From an uncultured virus (IMG/VR IMGVR_UViG_3300030328_002163) (taxonomy: Duplodnaviria > Heunggongvirae > Uroviricota > Caudoviricetes > Crassvirales), in IMG/VR virus record IMGVR_UViG_3300030328_002163: a stretch of 64,000 nt of DNA, one strand, 5' to 3'. Numbering within the stretch: the first letter of the stretch is position 1; every line of letters begins with the position of its first letter. The notes under the pieces are model-generated. The model ran no database searches. It was not told where the DNA came from and saw only the letters and a list, made by a program, of their open reading frames with translations. Positions 1-10,765 of this stretch are shown piece after piece. The position numbers and the translations under genes were made by a program.

Positions 1-2381
1 TTATTATTTCTTTCACTTCTAAAAAATTCAATATCAAATGTTACTAAACTACCCTCTGGTATAACTAAGTTTACATCATCTGTAGTATTATCTCTAAAAC
101 AGGGCACAAGTATAGCAGGATAACGTCTTGAAATGGCAGATGAAAGTCCTGAACTCCATGCTGTTGTGTCATCTGCTATATCTACATTAAAATTAGTAGG
201 TTTTAACTCCATGTATAAACCAGCTAATTCCGCTATATATGGAGGTGTACCTCCACTTTCAACATTAGCGGCTGGTGTTAAAAAGTTTTGCTCTCTAGCT
301 TGTACACTTAATACTTCTTGAGTTTGATAACTAGTTAATGATCCAAAACTATCTGTCTTAACCCTTAATATGTCTCCAGTTTGTACTTTAGTTTGATTTT
401 GCCCCTCTAATTTAAAATGAACAGTGTTTGTTGTAGGGTCTTCATAATAAAAATTACTATATATTGTCTCATATGGTCCCTCAGCTCTTTTTACCACAAA
501 CTTATATTTTGTTGCCCAATATGGAGGCTTTTGCCCAGGTGGTATTGTAAGTTTTATTTGATTGGTTTGATCCGAAGTAGATGCAGGTGTAAATATTGTG
601 TTATCAGGAGAAACTAAAGCAGTAGAACTTCTTAAATATTCATCCATATACACCATACCTACCTCATAGTTTCTATTACTATGTAAGCTTTTTGTATTTC
701 CATTACCAAGAAATAAGATTTCTGTACTTGTAAATTTATAATATTCATATAAAGGATTAGCCGCTGGAGTAATACTGTCAGTAAATTTCATGGCTGGTAT
801 AGTAAATGTTACTGAGCTTGTTCCAGGAGTAGCGGTAATTTTTATTCCTTCATTTAAATTAGTAATACCACTTTCTGTTTTTTCCCATGATATATTTGAA
901 TCACTATCTGTCTTATTTGTTACAGCGCAATTAAAAGTGTCTGTAAAACTGGTTCCAGAGCATGAATTAGCTACGGTATTAAAATATGCGGGTTCACTTC
1001 CTATTCTTGCTTTAAAATCATCACTCGTAACCATTTCATAAACTGTACTATAGTCTTGTGTAAGTGTAAATACAGTTCTAATTGTTGTAGAAGCTTGTTG
1101 TACAGATACTGTTCCTGAGTTTCCCGACCAAGCGGCATGTGTAAAAGTAAAATCAAAATCCATTATTGATCCACTTTTCATAGTTTGAGCAATTTCTAAA
1201 GGAGCAAAATTAAATGTTACAGAAGCATCGGCTATTGTTGGGCTCGATCCACCATCTATACTATATTGTTGACTGCTTAGGGTAGAGGTTAAATCAACAG
1301 TTTCAATAGCTTCGGATATTAATTCGCTTTCAAATTGAATGTTACAAGCATCTCCATTACTGTCAACCATGTCATAACCATCTACATAATTAGCATAAAC
1401 CAATCTGTTGCCCATTAAGGTTTGGGCTTTTGCAAACCTAGGCACATTGTCATATAATCTTAATAATTCCGCTTCAGGAAGGATAGTATATATTTTGCTG
1501 TTACTAAAAGTTTGAGTTTGAATAGTATTACTAGGCCATCCAAAGTTCTCTTTATCAAACCTTTCGATAACATTTAACACATTGGAATCAGCAAATTTAA
1601 ATATTAAATCAACCCCTATCACATTCTCATCTCCTGTATTAAAACTAATTTCAACCGCATTGTAAATGTTTTTCATACCGCTATTTAAATTAGTAGCGAT
1701 ATCTAACTTGAAAACACCAGGTACAAATGCTATGTCTGTAAATTGTGATAATGCACTGTATTCATCATCTTTATATTTATACCTATAAGCAAATGATATC
1801 ATACGGGTCTCCATGTAATTTGCTTCTGTAGATTGGGATATAAGATTAAATGTTGGTGCTGCTAAAGGAGGTTGTACAATAACATTTAACTCTTTTGCTG
1901 TTACCACATCTGCTCCACTTGATGGACCAGGGTAAGTTCTTGTTACATTAATTTTTCTTGGTGGATTTATATCATCGGTAAAAAATAATAAATCACCTAT
2001 TTTGTTTACACTATTTATTAAATACTCAGAATTAAAATTTAAAACACTTAGAGAAACAACATGATATTTAATTAATTCAGTGTTAGTGTTATAAGACACA
2101 ATCATGTCTACTGTAGTAGAAGTTATAAACCAGTAGATAGTTTCATTAGCACCATCATCATAAGCCCCAATACATTTAGCTCCTATTAAATCAGTATTGT
2201 TATATTGTAAAGTCGTTAGCCTTGTGTTTCCTTTAGAGTTTTCAACTGCACCTATCTCCGTGGTTTCTGTTGATCCTAATCTAACATTTATAGCATTGAC
2301 ATATTCGCCTGGTGGGAGTAGCCTCTCATCCACGCTTTTATTCATTCTACCGCGTACAAAATTTGTCGTTACTATAGGCAT
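1..2381 (-). CDS. Tail stabilisation/muzzle protein (crAss-like), N-terminal part; runs off the window start
   Basis: Not in the ORF track. ATG at 2381 gives MPIVTTNFVRGRMNKSVDERLLPPGEYVNAINVRLGSTETTEIGAVENSKGN, typical of this family; the same frame is open at position 1; follows the ring-protein genes. Confidence 0.8.
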   Translation of the reverse strand, partial: MPIVTTNFVRGRMNKSVDERLLPPGEYVNAINVRLGSTETTEIGAVENSKGNTRLTTLQYNNTDLIGAKCIGAYDDGANETIYWFITSTTVDMIVSYNTNTELIKYHVVSLSVLNFNSEYLINSVNKIGDLLFFTDDINPPRKINVTRTYPGPSSGADVVTAKELNVIVQPPLAAPTFNLISQSTEANYMETRMISFAYRYKYKDDEYSALSQFTDIAFVPGVFKLDIATNLNSGMKNIYNAVEISFNTGDENVIGVDLIFKFADSNVLNVIERFDKENFGWPSNTIQTQTFSNSKIYTILPEAELLRLYDNVPRFAKAQTLMGNRLVYANYVDGYDMVDSNGDACNIQFESELISEAIETVDLTSTLSSQQYSIDGGSSPTIADASVTFNFAPLEIAQTMKSGSIMDFDFTFTHAAWSGNSGTVSVQQASTTIRTVFTLTQDYSTVYEMVTSDDFKARIGSEPAYFNTVANSCSGTSFTDTFNCAVTNKTDSDSNISWEKTESGITNLNEGIKITATPGTSSVTFTIPAMKFTDSITPAANPLYEYYKFTSTEILFLGNGNTKSLHSNRNYEVGMVYMDEYLRSSTALVSPDNTIFTPASTSDQTNQIKLTIPPGQKPPYWATKYKFVVKRAEGPYETIYSNFYYEDPTTNTVHFKLEGQNQTKVQTGDILRVKTDSFGSLTSYQTQEVLSVQAREQNFLTPAANVESGGTPPYIAELAGLYMELKPTNFNVDIADDTTAWSSGLSSAISRRYPAILVPCFRDNTTDDVNLVIPEGSLVTFDIEFFRSERNN

Positions 2382-2383
2382 TT

Positions 2384-3292
2384 TTACTTAATCCATTTAG
2401 CCTGACCTCTTAAATTCATCAATAATCGACCAGGGTGTATATTACTTAATCTAATTTTTGCGTTTCTTAATAAAGAAGACTTATCTTTTCTAGCTCTGTT
2501 TACAATATATTCTTGTACTCCTAATTTACCATTTAATATAGAGTATTTAATATAAGCATAAATAAATTCTTCAAACAACTTATTTACACTAATGTCCGCA
2601 TCAGTTCCTTTTTCCATTCCATCAGAAACATATTCTAATACAATAGACTGCCCTGATGCAATAGAGCTAAAATTAATTACTCCTCTTTGCTTATCAATAG
2701 AAAAAGTAGGATTAGTATTAGCAGTTTCAGTATTCAATCCAAAATGTCCACCTATAGCAAAATCAAAATACCATAAACCATCTACACAATAACCCTCACA
2801 TCCATCATATGGACTTTCGTTGTTAAGGTAAATAGTTTTCTTTGATAAGTCTAATGGTGAATCCTGTGGTTTTAAAACATTTCCATTTTGATCAAATAGT
2901 ATGTTATTATCGTTGTCTTGTAAATAAGTGTTTGCCCATTGTGTTTGAATATTTTCTGTTAATGGAAATAAAACACCATTTTGAAACATAGAAATTCTTA
3001 CCCAATTGACATAATCATGAGGTAAGACAAATAACAATGAGTCATCTAATGATAACTGTAATATTTTAATTTCTTTCATGGCATCGTAATTCAATTCTTG
3101 AATACCACGTTTTGCATGAAATAATACTTTATATCTCGATATGTTATTAACTAATTCATTATTGCCTTGATACATCAACATAAAATTATTAACAATATCA
3201 TTTAAAGAAACATATTGATATGAGCCCCAATTTTTACTTTTAGGTGATGCTCCTGCGTTTGTATAATATTGATAATCTGTTAAATATGCCAT
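2384..3292 (-). CDS. Tail ring/tubular structural protein
   Basis: 302 aa, LPHDYVNWVRIS motif, directly upstream of the stabilisation protein as in crAss-like phages. Confidence 0.65.
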   Translation of the reverse strand: MAYLTDYQYYTNAGASPKSKNWGSYQYVSLNDIVNNFMLMYQGNNELVNNISRYKVLFHAKRGIQELNYDAMKEIKILQLSLDDSLLFVLPHDYVNWVRISMFQNGVLFPLTENIQTQWANTYLQDNDNNILFDQNGNVLKPQDSPLDLSKKTIYLNNESPYDGCEGYCVDGLWYFDFAIGGHFGLNTETANTNPTFSIDKQRGVINFSSIASGQSIVLEYVSDGMEKGTDADISVNKLFEEFIYAYIKYSILNGKLGVQEYIVNRARKDKSSLLRNAKIRLSNIHPGRLLMNLRGQAKWIK

Positions 3293-3295
3293 AAT

Positions 3296-4309
3296 CTATA
3301 TTTGTATTTGATTGTCTTCAACTATTTCTTGTTTACCAAATTGGTACACATCTTCTTCTCTAATTTCTATTCCTACATACTGACAAATTTTAGCTACTAA
3401 ACCTGGTTCATCAGAAAGTGGTAATTCAAAGTCTTGATAATCAGATTGATTTGAATCAAACTCAGGGCTACCTGAAGTGCCTCCCACTGTTTGATATGTC
3501 CATTTTGGTGGTAATGGATACCTTACATAATCAGTTATAACTGATCCTGCAGTAGTTATGGTATCAGGGTATACTGTTATAGTATTACCTAATTGTCCTT
3601 GAGCAGTATCGCTTGATCCTACAATACCACTTGTGGCTCCCCCTAACACATATGCTGGGAAACCGGTTGTTGGTGTAGTTAAGGGAGAATTAGTTAAATA
3701 AAATATTTTATTTTGATTAACTCTTTCTGCTTCTACAATTCCTGTAGTGTTATATATGGAATAAGTGTCACCACCAGCTCCACCAATAGGGAATATATTA
3801 GTACTTAATGTTAATTGAGTATTACTATCTATACTTACCACAAATGCACTAAACCCAGCATAATCACTTGTCGCAGTATTGTTAGTTACTATTTGTCCTA
3901 CTTTAATTACACCACTTGTAGAAAACTGAGCTGCGGAGTCTGTTAATCTATTAGCTACACCAGCCGCAGTTGTAAAACCACTGTCTACAAAATTAGGATA
4001 GTAATTAACTTTATTTATATAGTAATAATCTGAAGGAAGATTAAACATATTGTTTGCTTGTTTAATCAAACCTTTCGTGGCAGAAAAACTATCAATAACT
4101 TCTACTAAACTTTTTACTATATCTGCATATCCAGTACCTGATACTCGTTGATTTTGTTTGTTTATCCAACTATTATATTGATAAAAATAGTCTTCAAATA
4201 AATCCATTTGAGCTTGTTGCGCGTATAAATTAAAATCCTGTGGAGATATATATCCGTAGTTATTTTTATTTGCTATTGCTTGTACTGTATTTCTAACTGA
4301 GTTAATCAT
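3296..4309 (-). CDS. Head-tail adaptor/ring protein with an inserted beta-rich domain
   Basis: ATG 4309 (MINSVRNTV...NKNNYGYISPQDFNLYAQQAQ) lies downstream of the promoter at 4324-4331; YVRYPLPPKW and DFEL motifs. Confidence 0.65.
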   Translation of the reverse strand: MINSVRNTVQAIANKNNYGYISPQDFNLYAQQAQMDLFEDYFYQYNSWINKQNQRVSGTGYADIVKSLVEVIDSFSATKGLIKQANNMFNLPSDYYYINKVNYYPNFVDSGFTTAAGVANRLTDSAAQFSTSGVIKVGQIVTNNTATSDYAGFSAFVVSIDSNTQLTLSTNIFPIGGAGGDTYSIYNTTGIVEAERVNQNKIFYLTNSPLTTPTTGFPAYVLGGATSGIVGSSDTAQGQLGNTITVYPDTITTAGSVITDYVRYPLPPKWTYQTVGGTSGSPEFDSNQSDYQDFELPLSDEPGLVAKICQYVGIEIREEDVYQFGKQEIVEDNQIQI

Positions 4310-4323
4310 GCTAGTTCTTTTTA

Positions 4324-4331
4324 CAAATATA
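4324..4331 (-). promoter_or_regulatory. Bacteroidota sigma-70-type -7 element TATATTTG
   Basis: Matches TAnnTTTG, about 15 nt upstream of ATG 4309. Confidence 0.7.
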
Positions 4332-4334
4332 AGC

Positions 4335-4367
4335 AAAAAAAAAAGAGGCCTAATTGTTTAAGCCTCT
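4335..4367 (-). terminator. Rho-independent terminator
   Basis: AGAGGCTTAA-ACAA-TTAGGCCTCT hairpin followed by a T run on the minus strand. Confidence 0.75.
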
Positions 4368-4393
4368 TCTTAATTTAAGTGCAATAGATTAAA

Positions 4394-4723
4394 CTACGCC
4401 CATGCTTTTTCAACTTGAGCAACGCTTGTAACAGGATATTTTGGTGAAAGAGTGTAAATAGGGTTATTCCAGCTTGTAGCTAGTGCATCTTCAATAGCCT
4501 CTACGATGCTACCAATTTGCTCTTTCTTTTTAGCTGTATCATCTGCTGTTGAAGCAGTTAATGTAACACCTATAACCTCACTTGCACCAGTTGCTGAATG
4601 TCCTACTATATCATATAAAATGTCTACAGCTCCAGTTCCCGTGCCTTGTTCTACTGTAAGAACGTGATTAACATTAATTAAATAATCTTGATCACTTACA
4701 GTTACTTTTAAAAATTTTTCCAT
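4394..4723 (-). CDS. Small structural protein (putative)
   Basis: 109 aa ORF with its own promoter (4756-4763) and terminator, inside the head module. Confidence 0.5.
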   Translation of the reverse strand: MEKFLKVTVSDQDYLINVNHVLTVEQGTGTGAVDILYDIVGHSATGASEVIGVTLTASTADDTAKKKEQIGSIVEAIEDALATSWNNPIYTLSPKYPVTSVAQVEKAWA

Positions 4724-4755
4724 ATCTTATAAATTTATGGGGTTAAACAATTATA

Positions 4756-4763
4756 CAAAGATA
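4756..4763 (-). promoter_or_regulatory. Bacteroidota -7 element TATCTTTG
   Basis: TAnnTTTG upstream of ATG 4723. Confidence 0.7.
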
Positions 4764-4772
4764 ATAATTTAA

Positions 4773-5531
4773 TTAACTCTTTTTTAAGCGGGCTTTTAGA
4801 ATCTTATATATATCTACACCTTCATCTGATTGAAAAAATGATGCCACTATCCAATCCGGATCTTCTCCAAAAGGAACAGATAATAATCTCTTTTTGTTAT
4901 TAGGAAGATTATAATAAACTTCTTTACCATTGTTTCTTTTTTGCAAAAACCCCGCTTTAAATATTTCATACACATCATCTTGCAATTGTAACATTGGATC
5001 ATTAATTGTATTAATAAAATCCTCTGGATTGTTTTTAGAATAAATTAATATATCCCTTTTTAATTCAGGAATAGTCATAGTATCCACTACATTGCCTAAT
5101 AACACTCGGCTAACTTGTATCATTTTAGGAGTATTTGAAGCTAGATCTTTAGCTACCATTTGTGCTTCTAAAACCCTTTCGGCTTCATTTAACTCATCAA
5201 TAGCATCTTGCTCTTTATTTACTTCTACAAATACACTTCCATTTGCAGGGTGATAATGTAAAAATTCTTGTAATATTTGGTTTTCCTTTTGAGCCACTAA
5301 CATACCATCTTCAAAAACTATTGGTTCAAGTATTGCATTTCCATCTTGCTCATCTTCAAATGGGCTTCGTTGGTTTCGTGCATATCTCATAGGTCTGTTA
5401 ATACCTTGTTCTTCATCAAAATATAATAAAGGAGATCTTTGTGAGTGTCTTGAGCTTAACATGTAAGCTAGAGGAGTTTTGCCACCTGTTAGTTTATATA
5501 CTTTGGTGACGTATTTTGCTTTTTTTTTCAT
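4773..5531 (-). CDS. Hypothetical protein downstream of the major capsid gene
   Basis: 252 aa ORF; (TTAAA)n leader. Confidence 0.6.
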   Translation of the reverse strand: MKKKAKYVTKVYKLTGGKTPLAYMLSSRHSQRSPLLYFDEEQGINRPMRYARNQRSPFEDEQDGNAILEPIVFEDGMLVAQKENQILQEFLHYHPANGSVFVEVNKEQDAIDELNEAERVLEAQMVAKDLASNTPKMIQVSRVLLGNVVDTMTIPELKRDILIYSKNNPEDFINTINDPMLQLQDDVYEIFKAGFLQKRNNGKEVYYNLPNNKKRLLSVPFGEDPDWIVASFFQSDEGVDIYKILKARLKKS

Positions 5532-5570
5532 TGTATTTAATTTAATTTAATTTGAGTAAAAACATAAATA

Positions 5571-5594
5571 TTACCCCCACCGAAGTGAGGGTAA
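5571..5594 (-). terminator. Terminator/stabilising hairpin after the major capsid gene
   Basis: TTACCCTCAC-TTCG-GTGGGGGTAA hairpin with UUCG loop followed by T-rich sequence. Confidence 0.7.
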
Positions 5595-5608
5595 GATTTA
5601 TAATAATA

Positions 5609-7069
5609 TTAGTCCTTAAAGATAAAGAAGTTGTTTGCACCTAAAGTACATACAGCTCTTTCACTTAAGAAATTAACTTCCATCTTGTCGATATTAGATG
5701 TTCTTGCACCACCAGCTGAGCCAGTTATCCAAGTTTTATATCTTCTATCTTCAGTTTCAGAAGCTCTATATCTAACATGTAAGAATGGTCTTTTAGCATT
5801 CTTTCCTAAAATTTGATCGTATACTGTAGTTGAACCAGCTGGAACTAATAGTCCGTTTACTGCTCCACCAACAATACCACCTCTCATTGTAGGATCGTTT
5901 AGATATTTCCAGTCAGACTTATAAAAGTCATAACCTCTTCTGAATCCTGTAAAGCCAAGATTTAAAGCCATATCTTTATCATTATCAAATAGACCATATG
6001 ATGTACCACCTGCTCCGTAAGAGTTTTGTTGTGCTAACATATCATCGATATCAAATGAGAAATTTCTGTTTAAGAAAATAACATTTTCTTCTATAGATCC
6101 TTGTTTGTCTAGTCTTTGAATAACACTATCAAACTGAGCTAAAGTAGTTGGATTACCTCCACCAAAAATATTACCTCTATTTTCTACAACATAGAAAATA
6201 CCATCAGAACCAGATTTGTCTGCTGCTGAAGCAGCCGCAGCTGTTCCTTGTAAGTAATCACCTGCAGCAGATGCAGCCTCTGCTGGAACTGCTTCCACCA
6301 TTGCTGTTTCTAGATAATCTTCAAATCTAAGTCTTGTTTCGTGCTCAGATTTTAAATACCACAAGTAACCACTTGCTCCATTTTCAGTTGTAACTTCAAT
6401 CCATCCAATTTGAGCCATATCAGAACCAGATACTTCATAAGTATCTTTTATGATAATAGGCTTATTGTCAAAAATGAAATCATCTGCTTCGTTAGAACCA
6501 ACCATTCCAGCTGTTCCTTTAGCAAATTCAGAACCATAAATAAAACAATCAATAGAACCTGAAGTAAATGCAGGCATACCTGCTGCTTCATAAAATCCTA
6601 CACTGAAAGTTCTAGCCGCTGCACCTGTACCAGATGGAGCTGCTGTTACAATTCCTTTAGCTGATAATGTTGAGCCAGCAACAGAAGAACTTAACATTAC
6701 TGTTTGTCCTGCTCTTAAAGCTGCAAGATTCGGTGAAGCTAAAGCTGGATCGAAGTCACCCGGTGGTATAACGAATATCGCTGTATCCGAACCTGCTCCC
6801 GAAGCAGTTGTCAATCCTCTATATTTATTGTGTAACCTTCCTTGTTCTGCCCATTTAATAAGGTCAGAGTTTGAAGGCATTTCAGCGCCTACCATTCTTA
6901 AGAATGAAGCTACTGTTCTATTCCCGTATCTTTCGAATTCTTTTTCGTAAGTGTCAGGAAGATATTGCTGTAACCAAGTAAAATCTGCCGAAGCTAGATA
7001 ATTAGTTGATACAGGCACTTGTTGTGAACTGGGTTGTAAATCATACCCAGGTACCGCTTGTACTGCCAT
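5609..7069 (-). CDS. Major capsid protein
   Basis: 486 aa; follows scaffold and portal; QYLPDTYEKEFERYGNR and WAEQGRLH motifs of this phage group's capsid proteins; strong terminator downstream. Confidence 0.8.
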   Translation of the reverse strand: MAVQAVPGYDLQPSSQQVPVSTNYLASADFTWLQQYLPDTYEKEFERYGNRTVASFLRMVGAEMPSNSDLIKWAEQGRLHNKYRGLTTASGAGSDTAIFVIPPGDFDPALASPNLAALRAGQTVMLSSSVAGSTLSAKGIVTAAPSGTGAAARTFSVGFYEAAGMPAFTSGSIDCFIYGSEFAKGTAGMVGSNEADDFIFDNKPIIIKDTYEVSGSDMAQIGWIEVTTENGASGYLWYLKSEHETRLRFEDYLETAMVEAVPAEAASAAGDYLQGTAAAASAADKSGSDGIFYVVENRGNIFGGGNPTTLAQFDSVIQRLDKQGSIEENVIFLNRNFSFDIDDMLAQQNSYGAGGTSYGLFDNDKDMALNLGFTGFRRGYDFYKSDWKYLNDPTMRGGIVGGAVNGLLVPAGSTTVYDQILGKNAKRPFLHVRYRASETEDRRYKTWITGSAGGARTSNIDKMEVNFLSERAVCTLGANNFFIFKD

Positions 7070-7090
7070 AATAATTTAAATTTTAATTTG

Positions 7091-8269
7091 TTAAACTTTT
7101 TTAATACTTCTAATTTTAAGTCCTCTTCCACTATCGGTATCTCCTATGGCCCTTATCTTCATACCATCTTTTGTGACGGTTTGTTGTGCGGCACTTCTGA
7201 TATCCATGTTTATATTTTTAGATTTTCTAGAAACATTATCCACAGTAGCAGATACGCCTTGATCATAAAAAAATTGAGCAAATTTCTCAGGGTTCATAGC
7301 AACAGCTAGTGAACGATGATATCCTTTGGGATCAGCAATAAGCCCTGTTTGTTTGTCCATAAATTTATTAACAAAATTGTTAAAATCGGACTGCACATTT
7401 TTAAGCTCTTCACCTGTCCCAGGCTTAAAAGTTATATTATTATCTCCTATACTGAACTCAAAACCTTTAAATTCATTACTAAAAACCTCATTGGTTTTAT
7501 CTAAGAAATAGTTATACTTCTTTTTATTTTGCTCCTCAATAGATTTAGATTCTTTAAGATAACTTTCATAAGCATTTAAATTTTCTTGTTGATCGTTAGA
7601 TAATTGATCCCCGCTTGACTCAAGAGGTACTTTATATTTATCTTTCTGCTCATTCAAAAACTTTTTCGCTTTCGCAAGTTCTCGTTTTTTCGCTAGTTTT
7701 TTCTTCTTAATATCTCTTGGTTCATCCAGCTCTTCATCGATGCTAAACTTATCCTCCATGATATCTTGAATATCTACAGCGTCTAACCCTTCTTCGGTTA
7801 TGCTATAGTAACTAGCAAGTACAGAGTCATCTTCCATCGAATCATAATCTTTCTGTAAATTATAGAAATCTGTGATTCCACGTCCGGTGTCTTTTTTGTA
7901 CTTTAAATACGCAGACACATCTTCAGGTAATTCTTCATTTGCCTCTTTTTCCGCAAACAATTCATCAACTGAATTTATATCCTTGTTGTATCTATCTCTA
8001 ATAAAAGAAAGAACGTCTTCATCATTTAACTCTGATGAGGGAGTTTCATCAATTTTCTCTGATGAGGGAGTTTCTTTTTCAACTTTTTCTTCTACCTTAT
8101 CTTCTACCTTTTCCTCTACAGTAGAAACATTAGTTGTTTCTGTTTGTTTTTCTTGTGGTTTAGATTCACTGTCTTCAAACTTTTCTTCATGTTTTTGTAA
8201 CAATTCCTCTTCTATTTCTGCTTTGGACTTTTCTTCCTTATGCCCTAAGTCTCTTACTTTTATTTCCAT
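7091..8269 (-). CDS. Capsid scaffolding protein (putative)
   Basis: Acidic low-complexity N-terminus and coiled coil; sits between portal and capsid. Confidence 0.65.
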   Translation of the reverse strand: MEIKVRDLGHKEEKSKAEIEEELLQKHEEKFEDSESKPQEKQTETTNVSTVEEKVEDKVEEKVEKETPSSEKIDETPSSELNDEDVLSFIRDRYNKDINSVDELFAEKEANEELPEDVSAYLKYKKDTGRGITDFYNLQKDYDSMEDDSVLASYYSITEEGLDAVDIQDIMEDKFSIDEELDEPRDIKKKKLAKKRELAKAKKFLNEQKDKYKVPLESSGDQLSNDQQENLNAYESYLKESKSIEEQNKKKYNYFLDKTNEVFSNEFKGFEFSIGDNNITFKPGTGEELKNVQSDFNNFVNKFMDKQTGLIADPKGYHRSLAVAMNPEKFAQFFYDQGVSATVDNVSRKSKNINMDIRSAAQQTVTKDGMKIRAIGDTDSGRGLKIRSIKKV

Positions 8270-8295
8270 AATATTAAATTAGATTAAATTTTAAA

Positions 8296-8303
8296 CAAAG
8301 TTA
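8296..8303 (-). promoter_or_regulatory. Bacteroidota -7 element TAACTTTG for scaffold and capsid
   Basis: TAnnTTTG in the intergenic region upstream of ATG 8269. Confidence 0.7.
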
Positions 8304-8329
8304 AACAAAAAATAAATACAAAATTTAGC

Positions 8330-10765
8330 CTATCTTGGCTCAAACTCTGCTAAATCAAAACCATCTAAACTATCCTCATTAGATTCAAAGTTTATTGCTG
8401 GTAAATCTCTTTTCTTCTGTTCTATCATTTTAGAAGTCTGAGTAGACTGCTGACTAATCCTATTATCTTTTGCTTTTTCTCTTTCATTTTCTCTTTGTTG
8501 TAACCCTTGCTGTTCCATTCCTTTTAACTGCATTTGAAACTGAAACTCAGTTTGCATTAATTGTTCTTTTAATGCTGCTTCATTTTTAAGCTTCTCTATT
8601 TCAAAACTTATTTCAGCTTGTTTCACTTGCATTTTAGATTGAGTTTCCATTTGAACCTTTTGAGCTTCGAGCTGAGCTTTTGCTTGTTCTCCTTGCATTT
8701 GCATTTGTGCAGCCATTTGCTGCTCTTGCATTTTTTGTTGTTGCTCTTGTTCTTGTTTTTGTTTACGCTTTAATTTAAGCAATTGATTAGCCATTTTAAG
8801 ATTATTAATCTCTCTTATATCTATAGCATCTTCTAAGCTTATATTTTCTTTAGATAGTGCCATTTGTATATTAGCTTCTAACATAGCTTTTTCTTCTTCA
8901 TCAGGAGCCATTTCTATAAATATTCCAAAATCATAAATGTATAAATCTTTAATTTCTTCTAAAATACCTGAATTATATTTTCCTATTTGCATAGCAAACT
9001 CATCTTTGAAATCTGCAAATTCTAATATATCAGCAGTTCTAATAGATAAACACTCTGCTAAAGTTCTGGTTATAAATAAACTACCGTCTAATATATGTCT
9101 AGTAGCTGTATTGCTATTAAGTGCTGCAAGTTTTTGTACACCCACTAAAGAATTAGGATCAGGAGTCGAACCATCTCTGGCTTCATTCAATCCTGTTACT
9201 GCTCTTATCATATCCAAATAATGATTGTAGTTAGCTATTAACATTTGCATTTTACTAGAACCACTGTTAGCAGTAAGTTGTTGAATAGGAACTCGTGCAT
9301 TATTAAATTCACCATCTTGAGTAAAACTCCTACCAATAACACTACCTGTTTGAAAATATAATCGTAAAGCATCTTCTGGGTTATAAGCATTGCCTGTTCC
9401 TAAATCAACTTCATTTAAACCGTCTGCATCAATAAATACACCATCAGGCACAATTCTTGAAACCACTTGTTGAATTTTTAAATGAGTCATTTGAATTAAA
9501 TCTGCAAAAGGAATCATTCTACGCACCAAGGATTCTAACTGTCCTTTGTACATTCTCGGAGCACATGCTACATAATTAGGCATTGCAAACTGATTTGCCG
9601 ATTTAGGCCTAACCATATTTTCAGCCAATTTCCATTCTAAAACAATGTTTGTTCCCATAACCATAACGCCTGTATACCACACATCTATTCTTTTTTCTAC
9701 CTTTTCAAATTTACCTTCCTCCATCATTTCTTGTGGTGGATTAAATTGATCATCTTTCTGAACAGTTTTATAAGAACCGTCTGCTAATTTTTTTCTTTTA
9801 TAAACAAATGAATGGGTGGTTTTGTAATTAAAATATAATAAAGTTGCTGTATCTCTATAAAACATACTGTTTTCATAGAACTGTGAAGTGTTAAAATAAT
9901 TATACCAGGATTGACTATACTTAGCTATTTCATTTAAATCAACATCGGTTAGTGATGGATCAATTTTAATTAGCTCTGTCATTGGAACTGTTTTAATTTC
10001 ACCCCAATAAAAACAATCCTTAAAATAAGGATCTTCAGTATAACTATAAACCACATTTGCAGGATCAACATAATCTAATTTTACACCTTGTCCTGGTAAA
10101 AACTCATGTTTAGTTATTCCAATGCCTAGTGTTGTTAAATCATAATCCACCCTGTTTCTTATGTCATTATAATGATTTTCAGAAAATAAAGTGTTTATAG
10201 CAACTTCTTCTGCAATTTCTACCGCAGGTTTATACTTCATATTCATATAAAGCTCCATTTCTTCATCGGACTCAGGAAGTTCTTCGGCGTCTGTTTGAAA
10301 CACATTGATGCCGAAATCTTCTTCTATTTGAGTAAATAAAGGTTTTGCAATAACTTCTCCTTCTATTTGTTTTTGAAACTCATTTCTTTTTTCAGCAGAC
10401 ATAGCATCTTCAGCATAAGCTTTTACTTTAAAAAGCCTATCCGACATCCCATTTACTACAATATCTACAAACTTAGGAATGATAGGAACAGGTGTCCAAT
10501 CTAAATTTAAATAAGATAAATCACCATCTACTGCTAATTCGTTTTTATATTTTGCAATAGACTGCTCACCTCGCGCGTACAAGCGTAGACGCATGAACTC
10601 TCCCCATTGATCGTAAAACCTACAAGAACCATTGTCTCTTCTAAACCATTCATATTGTATTGCTTGTCCTATTTGTAATCCATATTCTACTGTATCTTTT
10701 GTGGAGTCTGAAACGAACTGATCAGGAAAAGCAGCAGCTTGTATATTTATTGTAACGTCTTTCAT
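8330..10765 (-). CDS. Portal protein
   Basis: 811 aa immediately after TerL; PIIPKFVDIVVNG motif; Gln-rich C-terminal coiled coil. Confidence 0.85.
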   Translation of the reverse strand: MKDVTINIQAAAFPDQFVSDSTKDTVEYGLQIGQAIQYEWFRRDNGSCRFYDQWGEFMRLRLYARGEQSIAKYKNELAVDGDLSYLNLDWTPVPIIPKFVDIVVNGMSDRLFKVKAYAEDAMSAEKRNEFQKQIEGEVIAKPLFTQIEEDFGINVFQTDAEELPESDEEMELYMNMKYKPAVEIAEEVAINTLFSENHYNDIRNRVDYDLTTLGIGITKHEFLPGQGVKLDYVDPANVVYSYTEDPYFKDCFYWGEIKTVPMTELIKIDPSLTDVDLNEIAKYSQSWYNYFNTSQFYENSMFYRDTATLLYFNYKTTHSFVYKRKKLADGSYKTVQKDDQFNPPQEMMEEGKFEKVEKRIDVWYTGVMVMGTNIVLEWKLAENMVRPKSANQFAMPNYVACAPRMYKGQLESLVRRMIPFADLIQMTHLKIQQVVSRIVPDGVFIDADGLNEVDLGTGNAYNPEDALRLYFQTGSVIGRSFTQDGEFNNARVPIQQLTANSGSSKMQMLIANYNHYLDMIRAVTGLNEARDGSTPDPNSLVGVQKLAALNSNTATRHILDGSLFITRTLAECLSIRTADILEFADFKDEFAMQIGKYNSGILEEIKDLYIYDFGIFIEMAPDEEEKAMLEANIQMALSKENISLEDAIDIREINNLKMANQLLKLKRKQKQEQEQQQKMQEQQMAAQMQMQGEQAKAQLEAQKVQMETQSKMQVKQAEISFEIEKLKNEAALKEQLMQTEFQFQMQLKGMEQQGLQQRENEREKAKDNRISQQSTQTSKMIEQKKRDLPAINFESNEDSLDGFDLAEFEPR

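Noticed and set aside
8030..8074. 18-nt direct repeat CTCTGATGAGGGAGTTTC
   Set aside because: Local duplication encoding ETPSSE twice in the scaffold's disordered region; not CRISPR or a ribozyme
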